From Narcine bancroftii (lineage: Eukaryota): a stretch of DNA of 64,000 bases. The stretch lies in NCBI RefSeq assembly GCF_036971445.1, contig NC_091471.1:234980001-235044000 (forward strand), given 5' to 3'. Positions 46,675 through 60,136 of the stretch are shown here, piece by piece. A model generated the notes under the pieces. That model was not told the DNA's origin. It worked only from the letters and a program-made list of their open reading frames with translations, and ran no database searches. The translations under genes and the position numbers were made by a program. Positions within the stretch are counted from its first letter, which is position 1, and every line of letters begins with the position of its first letter.

Positions 46675-47020
46675 AGGGAGCACTATGCGTAGTTCCCTGT
46701 CTCTGTCTCCCACACCAGGAATATCGTGAACAGTTCCCCGTCCCAGTACCACACACCGGGAGCACCGTGCACCAGGAGCACTTTGTACAGTTCCCGTCTC
46801 CATACCCCACACCGGGAGCACTTTGCACAGTTCCCATCTCCGTACCCCACACCGGGAGCACTGTGCACAATTCCGTCGCTGTGTCCCACACTGGGAGCAC
46901 CATGCACAGTTCCCCGTCTCCGTACCGCACTCCGGGAGCACTTTGCACAGTTCCCATCTCCATACCCCACACTGGGTGCATTGTGCACAATTCTCATCTC
47001 TATAATCCCACATTGGGCAT
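46675..47020. repeat. 40-bp tandem repeat (CCGTACCCCACACCGGGAGCACTTTGCACAGTTCCCATCT)
   Basis: About 8 degenerate copies. Confidence 0.85.
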
Positions 47021-47076
47021 TGCTGTCTGCATCCCTGGGGTCAGAGCAAGCCAGTAAAAGAGATACACGAATCAAA

Positions 47077-47082
47077 TTTATT
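47077..47082 (-). terminator. Candidate distal polyadenylation signal of SHISA7
   Basis: AATAAA on - at the end of an AU/GU-rich unique block (47050-47400), followed by a U-rich downstream element. Confidence 0.5.
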
Positions 47083-48104
47083 TCATTCAAAACACAGACA
47101 GCTCTGGACACAAAACAATTTGAGAATTAAAATCGCTTCGTCCCCTCCCACAGTACCCCGCCCCCCCACACCCTGGATATGAGATGTCGGCAGGAGGGGG
47201 AGCATCTTCTGTGAATCCAATATAAAGCCTCTTTAGCTAAAATTGGTGTTACAAATCTCCACAAGACAGATTAAAATAGCGACGATCTGTTGTTATAAAA
47301 GTCCAAACCAGTTTTAAAAAAGAATTGGAGCGGAGGGTGGGGAGTTTGGGTCACTGCTGCAGTTTTCTGTGAGTTGTTTGATCTGGCAAACACCAGCTTC
47401 AGCCCCCCTCCCTCCTCCCCGCCCCCCTCTCTCCTCTCTGCCCCTTCCTCTCTCCCTCCTCCCTGACACCTCTCTCTCCTCTCTGCCCCTCCTCTCCCTC
47501 CTGCCTGACCCCTCATCTCTGCCCCTTCCTCTCTCCCTCCTCTCTGCCCCTCCTTCTCTCCCTCCTGCCTGACCCCTCTCTCTCAGCCCGTCCTGCACGA
47601 GGACTCCCAGATCCTTTTACATCTGGGGATTTTCAATTTTCTCTCCCATTAAGAAAACAGTCTGCCCGTTTATTTTTTCTGTGTGACAGTCCACTTTCCG
47701 ACACTATTTCATTTCCCACCTCTCTGCCCATTCTCTGTCCTTCTGCAGCCTCTGTATTTTCTCCTTTCATCTCCATCCCTCCTCTCCACCCCCTTCTCTT
47801 TCTCTAACTCTCTCCTCACTGCCTGTCCTTCCCTCCTCAATGCCCCTCCCTCCTCTCTGCCCCTCCTCCTCTGCTCTCTCCCTTCTCCCCCTCCTCTCTC
47901 TACTCTGCCCCTCCCTCCCTTCTGCCTCTCTGCTCTGCCCTTCCCTCCCTCCTTCTCTGCCCCTACCCTCCCTTCCTCTCCTCTCCCCCTCCCTATGTTC
48001 TTTCCCTCCTTCCTGCTCCTCTCTCCCTCCACCCTTTCTCTGCCCCATCCCCTTGCTCCTCCTATCCCTCCTTCCTTCTCTCTACCTCTCTCTTCATTCA
48101 GGAG

Positions 48105-48940
48105 ACCATTCACCCCATTGAGTCTGCCTTGCCCTGAGTTGATCCAGTCTCCCACTCAGCCCCACTGTCCAGCCTTCTCCCCACACCCTTTCATGCCCTG
48201 GCTACTCAAGAATCCACATTAAACCCACCCAAGGCCCAGCCTCCACAACCGCCCGTGGCAACAGATTCCCCACCCTCCAGATGAAGAAATTCCTCCACGT
48301 CTCCGTTCTCAGCGGGCGGCCTTCAATCCGGAAGTTGTGCCCTCTTGTCCCGGACTCTCCCACCGAGGGAAACAAACTTTTCACATCAACTCTGTCCACA
48401 CCTTTCAACGTTCAAAATGTGTCAATGAGATTCCCCCTCATTCTCCTAAATTCCAGCGAACACAAGCCAAGATCCGTCAAACGCTCCTTCCATTCCCAGA
48501 ATCGTCTTGATGAACCTCCTCTGAACCCTCTCCAACATCAGCACATCCTTTTGGAAATGAGCCCAAAAATGCTCCCAACACTCCACATGAGGAGCTCAGC
48601 AGGGCCTTATAAAGCCTCCACATCACATCCCTACCCTTGTAATCTATTCCTTCTGAAACGAACGCCAGCATCGCATTTGCTTTCTTCACCACTGACTCAA
48701 CTTGCAAGTTTCCCTTCAGGCCGTCCCTCACGAGGACTCCCAGGTCCTTTTACATCTGGGGATTTTCAACTTTCTTTCCCATTAAGAAAACAATCTGCCC
48801 ATTTATTTTTTCTGTGCGACAGTCCACTTTCCGACACTATTTCATTTCCCACTTCTCTGCCCATTCTCTGTCCTTCTGCAGCCTCTGTAATTTCTCGATC
48901 CTATCTGATCCTCCTCCAACTTCTGTATCATCTGCAGGAA
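48105..48940 (-). mobile_element. CR1 ORF2 3' fragment; 47596-47763 is a local duplicate of 48729-48896
   Basis: VVKKANAMLAFV..GIDYKGRDVM, DRVDVKSLFPSVGESGTRGH, RNFF. Confidence 0.85.
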
Positions 48941-48944
48941 CTAA

Positions 48945-49320
48945 GAACCCTGCCCTAATTTCTCACCCCCCCCACCCTCACTAACCCCAGGATCACTGGG
49001 CAGTGACAGGAAGCAGGGAGCCTGGCTGATTTCCGCCTCCCCTCTAACCCTGGGGTCACTGGGCAGTGAAGGGGACCAGGAACCCTGGCTGATTTCCCCC
49101 CTCCCCCAACCCCAAGGTCACTGGGAAGTGACGGGGATCAGGAACCCTGGCTAATTTCACCCCCTCTAACCCCGGGGTCAGTGGGCAGTGACGGGGAACA
49201 ATAACCCTGATTGATTCCCCCCTCTCTCTAACCCTGGGGTCAGTGAGCAGTGACGGGGAGCAGGAACCCTGGCTTATTATCCCCTCTCTCTCTAACCCCA
49301 GGGTTAACAGGGCAGTGATA
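48945..49320. repeat. ~60-bp tandem repeat (CTAACCCCGGGGTCACTGGGCAGTGACGGGGAGCAGGAACCCTGGCTGATTTCCCC)
   Basis: About 6 copies. Confidence 0.85.
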
Positions 49321-49549
49321 GACTATAAGAGCAGGAATAGGCCATTCAGCCTATTGAGCCTGCCCCACCATTCAGCCACTCAGCCCCTCTGCATGCATTC
49401 TCGCCATAACCTTTGATGCCCTGCCTTAAATATACCTATATTTGGATCATTCTCATCACCCAGTGACTCCTGTCAGACGGAGGGTGGGGATAGGGAGGGC
49501 ATGGATTTTGGAGCCCTGTGCATCCAATTAGAGGCCACAGACAATATAA

Positions 49550-50040
49550 TATAACCAAATAACAATTTCAGCACAGAAACAGGACAATTCAGCCCTTCTT
49601 GTCCATGCTGAACACCTTCTCACCTAATCCCACTGACCTGCACTCGGCCCATAACCCTCCACACTTCTCTCGTCCATATACCTGTCCACCTTTTTCTTAA
49701 ATATTAAAATCCAGCCCACATCTACCACTTTGGCCGGAAGCTTATTCAACATTTCCACCACCCTCTGAGTGAAGAAATTTCCCCTATACTTTTTCACCTT
49801 CAAACTCAATCCATGTTCTCTTGTTAGAATCAACCCCTCTCAATGGAAATAACCACTCCACATTTACTCTATCTGTCCCTCTCATCATTTTAAACACCTC
49901 TATCAAAACACCCCTCAATCTTCTACACTCCAGGGAATAAAGTCTGAGCCTGTTTAACCTTTCCCTGTAGCTCAAACCCAGGCAACATTCTTTTAAATCT
50001 TCTCTGCACTCTGTCCATTCTGTTTACATCCTTCCTAAAG
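49550..50040 (-). mobile_element. CR1 3' end
   Basis: SYRERLNRLRLYSLECRRLRGVLIEVFKMMRG...NFFTQRVV plus 3' UTR-like sequence. Confidence 0.88.
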
Positions 50041-50084
50041 GACACTCTTCTGATGCCCAATGGATGCTCTTGGCTGGCTCTGAG

Positions 50085-53000
50085 ACATCCGACTGTAGGG
50101 GATCTCCCTCCGCAATGTCCGACTGTAGGGGATCTCCTGCAATGTCAGACTTTAGGGAAATCCACAACATCCGATTGTAGGGGAACCGTAATGTCTGTAG
50201 GGGATCAATCCCTCTCTAAAATGCCTGACGGTAGGAGAATTCCCTCTACAGTCCAACTGTCGGGAAGCTCCGCAATGTCCAACTACAGGACTGTAGGAGA
50301 TCTCCCTCGCAATGTCCGACTGTTGGGGATCTTCTTCCACAGTGTCTGTAGGGGATCGATCTTTCTACAATGTCCAACTGTAGGGGATCTTCATCCACAA
50401 TGTCCACAGAATCCAACTTTAGGGGATTTTCCTCCACAGTGTACAACTGTAGAGAACTCCGTGATTTCTGATTATAGGTCTGACTGTAGGAAATCTCACT
50501 CCACAATGTCAGAACGTAAGGGAACTCCACAAAGTCCAACAGTAGGGGAACTCACTCCACAATGTCTGGCTGTTGGGATCTCTCTTCGCAATGTCTGACT
50601 GTAGGGGAACTCCACAATGTACTTCTGTCAGGGATGTCCCTCCACAATATCTGACTGTTGGAGATCTCTCTCGGCAATGTCTGACTGCAGGGAGCTCCAC
50701 AATGTCCGACTGTAGGGGAATTCCCTCTGCAATGTCTAGCTGTAGGAGATCTCCATCTGCAATGTCTGACTGTAGGCAACTCTGCAATGTCTGATTCTAG
50801 GGGAAAATCCACAATGACCAATGGTAGGGGATCTCACTCTGCAATGACTGACTGTAGGGAACTCCACAATGTCTGACTGTAGGAATTTCCCTCTGCAATG
50901 TCTAACTGTAGGGGATCTCTGCAATGCCCTACTGTATGGAAATCCACATTGTCTGACCATAGGGAATCTCCCTCTGCAATGTCCGACCATAGGGGAACTC
51001 TGCAATGTCCGACTGTAAAGGTCCTCCCTTCTCAATGTTTGACTGTAGGGGAGGTCCCTCCACAATGTCTGACTGTAGGGAGCTCCACAATATCTGACTA
51101 TAGGGGAACTCCCTCTGCAATGTCCATCTGTATGGGATCTCCCTCTGCAATGTCCAGCTGTAGGAGATCTCCCTCCACAATGTCTGAATGTGGGGTAACT
51201 TCACAATGTCTAACTGTAAGGGATCTCCTTCCACAATGTTGACTGTAGGGGACTCCCTCCACAATGTCCAATTCTAGAGAAACACCGCAATGTGGGCTGA
51301 AATATGGCAGATGGAGTTTAATGTAGATAAGTGTAAAGTGCATAATTTTGGGAAGAATAATCAAAGCAGGACGTATGGAGTGAAGGGGAGGGCATTGAGA
51401 AATACAGAGGAACCGAGGGATCTTGGAATAACGGTTCAGTGTTCTTTGAAAGTGGATTCTCATGTGGATAGGGTGATGAAGAAGGCTTTTGGTAGGCCTT
51501 TATAAATCATAGCATATTATATTGGAGCTGGGAGGTGATGTTGAGACTGTTCAAGGCATTGGTGAGGCCAGGTTTGGAATACTGTAATACTGTGTGCAAT
51601 TCTGGTCTCCAAATTATAGGAAGGATATCAATAAGGTAGAGAGGGTGTAGAGAAGATTTACTAAAATGTTGCCTGGATTGCAGTATCTGGAATACAGAGA
51701 AAGATTGAGTAGACTGGGTCTATATTCATTGGTGCGTAGAAGGTCGAGGGGGGATTTGATAGGGATATTTAAAATTACAAGGGGGATAGACAGATTAGAT
51801 GTGAATAGGCTCTTCCCCTTGAGGGTAGGGGAGATTGGAACGAGGGGGCATAAGTTAAGGGATGGAAGGTAAAAGATTAGAAGTTATGTGAGAAGAAGTT
51901 TCTTCACTCAAAGAGTGGTGGCTGAGGGGAATGACCTTCTGGAAGAGGTAGTTGCAGCTGGGTCAATTTTGTCATTTAAGAGAAGGTTGGATGAGTGCAT
52001 GGATGTGAGGAGATTGGAGGGTTATGGACAGGGAGTGGATAGGTGGGACTAGAGGGGTCGAGATGGCCTCTTTCCGGACAGTAATTGTTATATGGTTATG
52101 CAGAATCTCCCTCCACAATGTCCAACTAGAAGATCTCCCTTTGCAATGTCCAACTGTAGGAGATCTCCCTCCACAATGTCCAACTACAGGATCTCCCTCC
52201 ACAATGTCCAGCTAGAGGATCTCCCTCCACATTGACCAACTAGGCGATATCCCTCTGCAATGTCCAACTGTAGGGGATCTCCCTCCACAATGTCCATCTA
52301 GAGGATCTCCCTCCACAATGTCCAACTCTAGGGGATCTCCCTCTACAATGTCCAACTAGAGGATCTTCCTCCGCAGTCCAAATGTAGGGGATCTCCCTCC
52401 GCAATGTCCAACTGTAGGGGATCTCCCTCTGCAATGTCCAAATAGAGGATCTTCCTCTGCAATGTCCAACTGTAGGGGATCTCCCTCCACAATGTCCAAC
52501 TAGAGGATCTCCCCCCGCAATGTCCAACTCTAGGGGATCTCCCTCCACAATGTCCAACTAGAGGATCTCCCTCCGCAACATACAACTGTAGGAGATCTCC
52601 CTCCACAATGTCCAACTAGAGGATCTCCCTCCGCAGTCCAAATGTAGGGGATCTCCCTCCAGAATGTCCAAATGTAGGGGATCTCCCTCCACAATGTCCA
52701 ACTAGAGGATCTCCCTCCACAATGCCCAAATGTAGGAGATCTCCCTCCGCAATGTCCAACTAGAGGATCTCCCTCCGCAATGTCCAGCTGTAGGGGATCT
52801 CCCTCCATAATGTCCAAATAGAGGATCTCCCTCTGCAATGTCCAACTGCAGGGGATCTCCCTCTGCAATGTCCAACTGTAGGGGATCTCCCTCTGCAATG
52901 TCCAACTGTAGGGGATCTCCCTCTGCAATGTCCAACTGTAGGGGATCTCCCTCCTCAATGTCCAACTAGAGAATCTCCCTTTGCAATGTCCAACTAGAGG

Positions 53001-54665
53001 ATCTCCCTCTGCAGTCCAAATGTAGGGGATCTCCCTCCAAATGTCTAACTGTAGGGGAACTGTATGATGTCTGAATGTAGGGGATCTCCTTCCACATTGT
53101 CTGACTGTAGAGGAACTCCAACCGGAATGTCCAGCTGTAGGGGATCTCTCTCTGCAATGAATGACTGTGGGGAACTCCACAATGTATGACTGTAGGCAAC
53201 TCCGCAATGTCTGACTCTAGGGGAAACTCCACAATAACCGATGGTAGGGGATCTCACTCTGCAATGTCTGACTGTAGGGAACTTCACAATGTCTGAAGAT
53301 AGGGATTTCCCTCTGCAATGTCTAACTGTAGGGCATCTCCCTCTGCAATGTCTAACTGTAGGGCATCTCCCTCATTAATGTCCGACTGTATGGGATCTCA
53401 CTCTGCAATGCCCAACTATATGGAATCCACATTATCTGACTGTAGGGAATCTCCCTCTGCAATGTCTGACCATAGAGGAACTCCCCAATGTCCGACTGTA
53501 AAGGATTTCCCTCCTCGATGTCTGACTAGGGGATCTATGCAATGCTGATTGTAGGTAACTCCATAATGTCTGACTATAGGGGATCTCCCTCTGCAATGTC
53601 TGATCATAGAGGAGGTCCCTCCACAATGTCCAACTGTAGGGGATCTTCCTCCACAATGTCTGACTCTAGGGAGCTCCACAATATCTGAATGTAGGGGAAC
53701 TCCCTCCGCAATGTCAACTGTAGGAGATCTCCCTCTGCAATGTCTGCCTGTAGATCTACGCAATGCTGACTGTAGGGAACTCCATAATGTCTGACTATAG
53801 GGGATTTCATTCCACAATGTCCGACTCTTCGGAGCTCCCTCCACAATGTCCGGCTGTAGGGGATCTCCCTCCACGATGTCTGACTGTTAGAGATCTCTCT
53901 CCGCAATGTCCGACTATACGGGAACTTCATAATGTACAACTATAAGGGGTCTCCCTTCACAATGTCCGATTGTAGGGGGATCTTCCTTCTCTCCACAATG
54001 TCCAACTGTAGGGGGATTTCCTTTCACAATGATTGACTGTAGGGGAACTTCCTCTGCAATGTCTGGCTAGGGGAATTCTGATATGTCTGGCTCTAGGGGG
54101 AATCTCCCTCTGCCTATTTGACTGTGGGGAACTCTACACTGTCTAGCTGTAGAGAACTCTACACTGTCTGGCTGTAGGGAATCCACCCGCAATGTCCAAC
54201 TGTAGGGGATCTCCCTCCGCAATGTCCGTCTGTAGGAATTCCACAATGTATGACTGTAGGCAACTCAGCAATGTCCAAATCTAGGGGAATCTCCACAATG
54301 ACCAAAGGTAAGGGATCTACCTCTGCAATGTCTGACTGTAGGGTATCTCCCTCCTCAATGTCCAACTGTATGGAATCTCACTCTGCAATATCTGACTGTA
54401 GGGGAACTCTGCAATGACTGAGGATCTCCCTCCACAATGTCTGACTGTAGGGGATCTATGCAATGCTGACTGTTGGGAACTCCACAATGTCTGACTGTGG
54501 GGGAAACTCTGCAACATTCAACTATGGGATCTCCTTCTGCAATGTCTAACTAGGGGATCTCCTTCTGCAATATCTAACTAAGGGATCTCCCTCTGCAATG
54601 TCTAACTGTAGGGAATCTCCCTCCACGATATCCAACTGTAGGGATCTCCATCCACAATGTCCGAC
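50085..54665. repeat. ~29-bp minisatellite (CAATGTCCAACTGTAGGGGATCTCCCTCCA), interrupted by a CR1 fragment
   Basis: More than 100 degenerate units on both sides of 51290-52100. Confidence 0.92.
51290..52100 (+). mobile_element. 5'-truncated CR1 insertion
   Basis: WAEIWQMEFNVDKCKV...EPRDLGI...YRERLSRLGLYSL..RGDLI...FFTQRVV; ends TATATGGTTATG. Confidence 0.9.
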
Positions 54666-55046
54666 TGGATTGTGTCAGAAGGAAACCTCTGCCTTGCACC
54701 CCAGGAGGGGATGTTGAGATGGGGAGATCAGGGACAGGCCTCAGAGGGGGAGGAGTAGGGGTCACAAGTCTCAGATGGAGGGGAAGGGAAGGAAGTACCT
54801 TGGATGGATGGGGAGGGAGGTGAGGAGGGGAAAACAGCCCTGAGACGGAGGGAAAGGGGGGAAACAGACCTCGGACAGAGGGGGAGGTGGGGAACTGCTC
54901 TTAGATGGAGGGGGAGGGGAAACAGATCTCGGATGGGGGGGAGCAGCTCTCAGATGGAGGGGGAGGAGGAAACAGCCCTGGGAGAGAGGGGTGTTAGGGA
55001 ACAGCCCTGGGGTGGAGGGGGAACAGTTCTTGGAGAGGCTAGGCCC

Positions 55047-55495
55047 TCAGACAGTGACCTCAGCCTTGCCCCCAGCCCGTCCTTGGGTTGCTGGGTGTCC
55101 GGGGATGAAGTGCAGCTGCTCCACGGTGCTGTGCCGCTTGGTAGCGAAGGCCTGCCTCCTCTGTGCTGGTCCAGGAAGGCCACGTGGGCTGCAGGCCCCT
55201 CCGCCCACTGCTGTGCCCTGGGACAGGGTCTTGTGGGGCAGGGCATAGGGGGAGGCAGTGCCCCGGCGTTCGGGTGAGAGGAGGCGCTCACGGGATCCAG
55301 CTGTGCCAGGGCGGGGGGCAGGGGGAGCCGGTTCCCAGCCCAGTAGCCGGTCCTGTGACATGACCCGGCGTGGGTTGAAGGTGGGACAGGCCTCGCGGGG
55401 CTCGGCTCGGCGGCGTGGGGGGAGGGGCAGAGTCCCACGGGCTGATAGCTCAGCCATGAGGCGCCGCTTGCAGCAGTCATCCACGTCCTTGGCGG
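55047..55495 (-). CDS. SHISA7: SHISA7 (CKAMP59-type receptor auxiliary subunit) last coding exon
   Basis: AKDVDD..KRR..RGTLPL...NPRRVMSQDRLL...SRERLLSP...TVEQLHFIPGH...KAEVTV* with a PDZ-binding EVTV end; CCCCACAG acceptor; lies next to UBE2S as in human. Confidence 0.88.
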
Positions 55496-55539
55496 CTGTG
55501 GGGAGAGGGGGGAGGAATCAGCAAGGTGGAGGGGTTGGA

Positions 55540-56199
<660 letters not shown>

Positions 56200-56547
56200 T
56201 CACAGAGGGGGTCATGAGGTCACTGAGAGGGTAATGGTGTTACAGATACAGTCACTGGGTTGCAGAGAGCATTATAGGGTCACAGAGAGGGTCACGAGGA
56301 TCATGGTGTCTCAGATATAGTCACTGGGTCAGAGAGAGGGTCATGAGGTCACTGAGGGTCATGGTGTCACAGATACAGTCATTGGATCACTGAAAGGGTT
56401 ACAGGGTCACTGAGTGGGTCGTGGGGTTACTGAACAGATCACAGGGTGACAGAGAGCGTCACAGAGGGTGTCTGACAGGGTCAAAGAGTCACAGAGAGGG
56501 TCACATGGTCAGAGCTGCAGGGAGGGTGTTACTGGGTCAGAGGGTCA

Positions 56548-56752
56548 GGTAATACTATCTCTGTGTTTGGCTGGCCCATCTCCTCCCTGTAACCCCTCCC
56601 CTAGAATCCCTCAATAAAGGCAATTTCACCCAAGTCCCTCCTTAGGTATGAATCCTGGAACCTGACCAGCAACTGGAGCCTGTGTCCAGTCTTATTTTAA
56701 TAAAAGCCTATCATCTAGTAACTAGTCTTTTGGGGTTATTGATAGCGTATCA
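56548..56752 (+). mobile_element. Gypsy solo-LTR remnant related to LTR A (21986-22175)
   Basis: Shares CCCTGTAACCCCTCCCCT..AATAAAGG..AATAAA(A)GCCT..ATTGATAG..ATCA with the reverse complement of LTR A; 5' boundary uncertain. Confidence 0.65.
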
Positions 56753-56949
56753 ACAGGGTCAGAGAAGGTCCCAGAGTAAGAGAGAAGGTCACAGGATCAG
56801 AGGGAGTCACAGGGAGGGTATCAGGATCAGAGAGGGTCACAGGCTCAGGGAGCAGCAGGAAGAAGGTTAAGGTTGAAGAATTGGGGAGTGGCAGTGACGA
56901 GGTTAACCCCTCTGACAGGGGTGTGTTGGGGGTGAGAGTTAATCCCTCC

Positions 56950-56951
<2 letters not shown>

Positions 56952-56989
<38 letters not shown>

Positions 56990-56999
56990 CGCGCGCGCG
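56952..56999. repeat. (TG)n-(CG)n alternating purine-pyrimidine microsatellite
   Basis: About 17 TG units followed by GCGCGCGCGCG. Confidence 0.95.
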
Positions 57000-57029
57000 G
57001 GGTATGGGGGGGATCCACAGGTCACTTAC

Positions 57030-57098
57030 CCAGGGGCAGAGTCCCAGTGTGCGATGGACTGGAGAGGGGCAGGTGTTTGTAGTTATGGCAGGGGTTAC
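57030..57098 (-). CDS. SHISA7: SHISA7 coding exon 4 (69 nt, NPCHNYKHLPLSSPSHTGTLPL)
   Basis: CTCCCTCCCCAG acceptor, G|GTAAGT donor, symmetric phase 1-1, open frame. Confidence 0.75.
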
Positions 57099-57397
57099 CT
57101 GGGGAGGGAGAACATTGAGAGTCATTCACATGGTGGTCTCCACCTCCCCAAGGACCCCACATTCACCCTGCGCTGGAAGCCAGAACCCAAGCCCACACTC
57201 GACTGGTGCCGCAGCACCTCCCCTTCCCCCTCTCCTTCCCTCCCCTTCCCGTCCCCATCCCCTCCCCTCCCCTCCTCCTCCTCCTCCACTTCACCTTCCC
57301 CTCCCCTCCTCCTCCCTCTCCACCTCCCCCCTCTCCACCCCCTCTCACCCTCCTCCCCTATCCCCCCACCCCCTCCCCCCACAAAGCTGAACCCCAC

Positions 57398-57454
57398 CTT
57401 GCAGGTGCTTGGGTGCAGTGTCTGACGGCTGATAGCGTCCCTGGGAGCACTGAC
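57398..57454 (-). CDS. SHISA7: SHISA7 coding exon 3 (57 nt, QCSQGRYQPSDTAPKHLQ)
   Basis: CCTCCTCCTGCAG acceptor, AAG|GTGGGG donor, symmetric phase 1-1, open frame. Confidence 0.62.
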
Positions 57455-57504
57455 CTGCAGGAGGAGGGGAGCAGAGAGAGAGGTGTGACCACAAGCTCTC
57501 ACAC

Positions 57505-58100
57505 TTCAGGGTAGTACAATTCAGGTCCTTTGGCTCACAAGGTTGTACTGTCCCTTCTAAACACTCCACCCCTCCCTCACACCAATAACTCTCCATTTCT
57601 CTTCCATCCAAGTGTCTGTCTAAGAGTCTTCTAAATGCCCCCAATGTTCCAGCCCCCACCACCATCCCTGGCCAGGTGTTCCAGGCCCCCACAATTCTCT
57701 GTGTAAAAAAACTTCCCTCCCTTCACTTTGGTGGTATTTGGTACTGTCACCCTGGGAAACAGGTGCTGACCATCCACCCTGTCACTGCTTCTCAGAATCT
57801 TGTCAACCTCTATCAAGTCTCCTCTCATCCTTCTACACTCCAAAAGGAAAAGTCCCAGCTCTGCTAATCTTGCCTCGTAAGACTTGTTCTCCAATCCAGG
57901 CACAGTCCTGGTCAATCTCCTCTTCCCCCCTCTCCACTCTGTAATGAGACGACAGGAATGGAATGCAATATTTTCTGGATCCACCAGACATTATTGAGCT
58001 GAAATCAATCCTCTGACTAATGAAGCCCAAAGGCCTTCTTAACTATCCTACCAACCTGTGCAGAGACCTTCAGAGATCTGTGGAAATGGATCTCAAGTTC
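57505..58100 (-). mobile_element. CR1 3' fragment
   Basis: PGLENKSYEARLAELGLFLLECRRMRGDLIEV...DGQHLFPR. Confidence 0.85.
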
Positions 58101-58114
58101 TTCCCGGCCCCGAA

Positions 58115-59065
58115 GCATATACATCTCAGAGTATTAGCATGGATAGAGGGTTGGTTAACCAATAGAAAGCAGAAAGTTGGGGTGCAGGGGTGATTTTCTG
58201 GTTGGCAATTGGTGGTGAACGGGGTGCCGCAGGGGTCAGTGCTGGGCCTGTAACAGATCATGATATACACTAACGATTGGGAAGGGGGGACAGAGAGTCA
58301 TGTATCTAAGCTTGCTGATGACACTAAATTGAGAGGAAAAGCAAATTGTGGAGAGGATTCGGAGAGTGTGCAGGGAGATAGAGATAGGTTAAGTGAGTGG
58401 GCAAGGGCCTGACAGATGGAGTATAATGTTGACAAATGTGAAAAAAAATACACAATTTCAGATGATTATCTAAATGGAAAGTTATTGCAGCACGCTGCCG
58501 TGCAGAAGGACCTGGGAGGGCTGGTGCGTGAATTGCAAAAGGTTGGTTTGCAGGTGTGGCGGCTAGCAAGAAGGCAGATGGGACGCTGGCCTTCATTGCC
58601 GGAGGGATGGAATTTAGGAGCAGGGAGGTCCTGCTGCAACTGTACCAGGTACTTGTGAGGCCACATCTGGAGAACTGGGTGCAGTTCTGGTTTCCTTACT
58701 TGAGGAAGGACTTACTGGCTCTGGAGGTGGTGCAGAGGGGGTTCACCAGGTTGATTCCAGGAATGAGGGGGTTGGCCTAGGAGGAGAGATTGAGTCGTCT
58801 GGGACTGGACTCACTGGAATTTAGAAGAATGAGAGGGATCTTACACAAACATAAAATTCTGGAAGGCAAAGGTAAGATGAAGGTAGGTATGTTGTTGCCA
58901 TTGGTGGAGGAGACTAGAACTCGGGGATGTAGCCTCAAGATCCAGGGGAGTAGATTTAGGACGGAGATGAGGAGGAACTATTTTTCCCCAGAGGGTGGAT
59001 CTGTGGAATTTGCTGCCCATTGAAGCAGTGGAGGCCACCTGAGTAAATATAAGGCAAGGTTGCAA
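58115..59065 (+). mobile_element. CR1 ORF2 RT/C-terminal fragment
   Basis: GVPQGSVLG, SKLADDTKL, QMEYNVDKC, LVRPHLENWVQFWFPYLRKD. Confidence 0.9.
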
Positions 59066-59511
59066 ACGTCAGGAGGCAGGTAGCTGGGTGACTGTTAGGA
59101 GCGGGAAGGGGAATAGGCAGTCAGGGCAGAGCATCCCTGTGGCTGTTCCCCTCGATAATAAGTATACTGTTTTGGATATTGTTGAGGTGGGGGGTGGAGA
59201 ACGATCTTCTAGGGACGTCCTAATGGTTGGGTCTCTGGCACAGGATCTGGCCCCTCGTCTCAGAAAGGAAGGGAGGTGAAGAGGAGAGCTATAGTGACTG
59301 GGGATTTGTTGGTTAGACAAACAGATAGGAGGTTCTGTGAATGAGATTGAGACTCCCAGATGGTATATTGCCTCACAGGTGCCAGCGCCAGGGACATCTG
59401 AGACTGAGTCCACAGCATTCTGAAGTAGGAGGGTAGCAGCCAGATGTCGTGATCCACGTTGGTACCAATGTCATAGATAGGAATAAGGATGAGGTCCTGA
59501 AGAGGGAATAT

Positions 59512-60136
59512 AGGTCAAGAACTTCAAATTCCTGGCTGTCAACATCTCTGAGGATCTGTCCCGGAGCCTCCACGTTGATGAAATCACAAAGAAGACTCAT
59601 CAGTGGCGAGACTTTGTGGAGATTCGGTCGGTCACTGAAGTCTCTCGTAAACCTCTACCTGGACCGTGGAGAGCATTCTAGCTGGTTCCATCACTGCCTG
59701 GTACGGAGGCACCAACTCTTAGGACAAGAATAAACTCCAGACGATTGTTCACTCGGCCTGTGACATCATGGGCACCGGACCTCACTCCATCGAGGACATC
59801 AACATGAGCTGGGGTCTTCAAAAAGCAGCCTCTATCCTCAAAGACCCCATCACCCCCCCCCCCCCCCCACCCAGGCCTTGCCCTCTTCACTTTGCTACCA
59901 TCAGGGAAAGGTTCCAGGAGCCTAAAGACGAGCATCAGTGGGATAAGGACAGCTTCTTCCCCGCTGCCATCAGATTCCGGAATGATCCATGAACCACAGG
60001 CACTGTCTGACTTTTTGTGCACTGTTATTGTTTTTTTAATGTGGTGAGATGGTTATAATATGAATGTTTGCTCTTTGACGCTCCTTCAAAACATCAAATT
60101 TCATGTCTTGTTCATGACAATAAATCCTGATTCTGA
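59512..60136 (+). mobile_element. Rex1/Babar-like LINE 3' fragment nested in CR1 ORF1
   Basis: NFKFLAVNISEDLS...LQKAASILKDP...DSFFPAAIRF; ends AATAAATCCTGATTCTGA. CR1 ORF1 resumes afterwards. Confidence 0.7.

Noticed and set aside
32000-47400. RPL28 expected next to UBE2S from human synteny
   Set aside because: No RPL28-like peptide was seen on either strand in this window.
50053-54517. Cys-rich repetitive ORFs (QCPTVGDL-type)
   Set aside because: Translations of the 29-bp minisatellite with constant frame switching.
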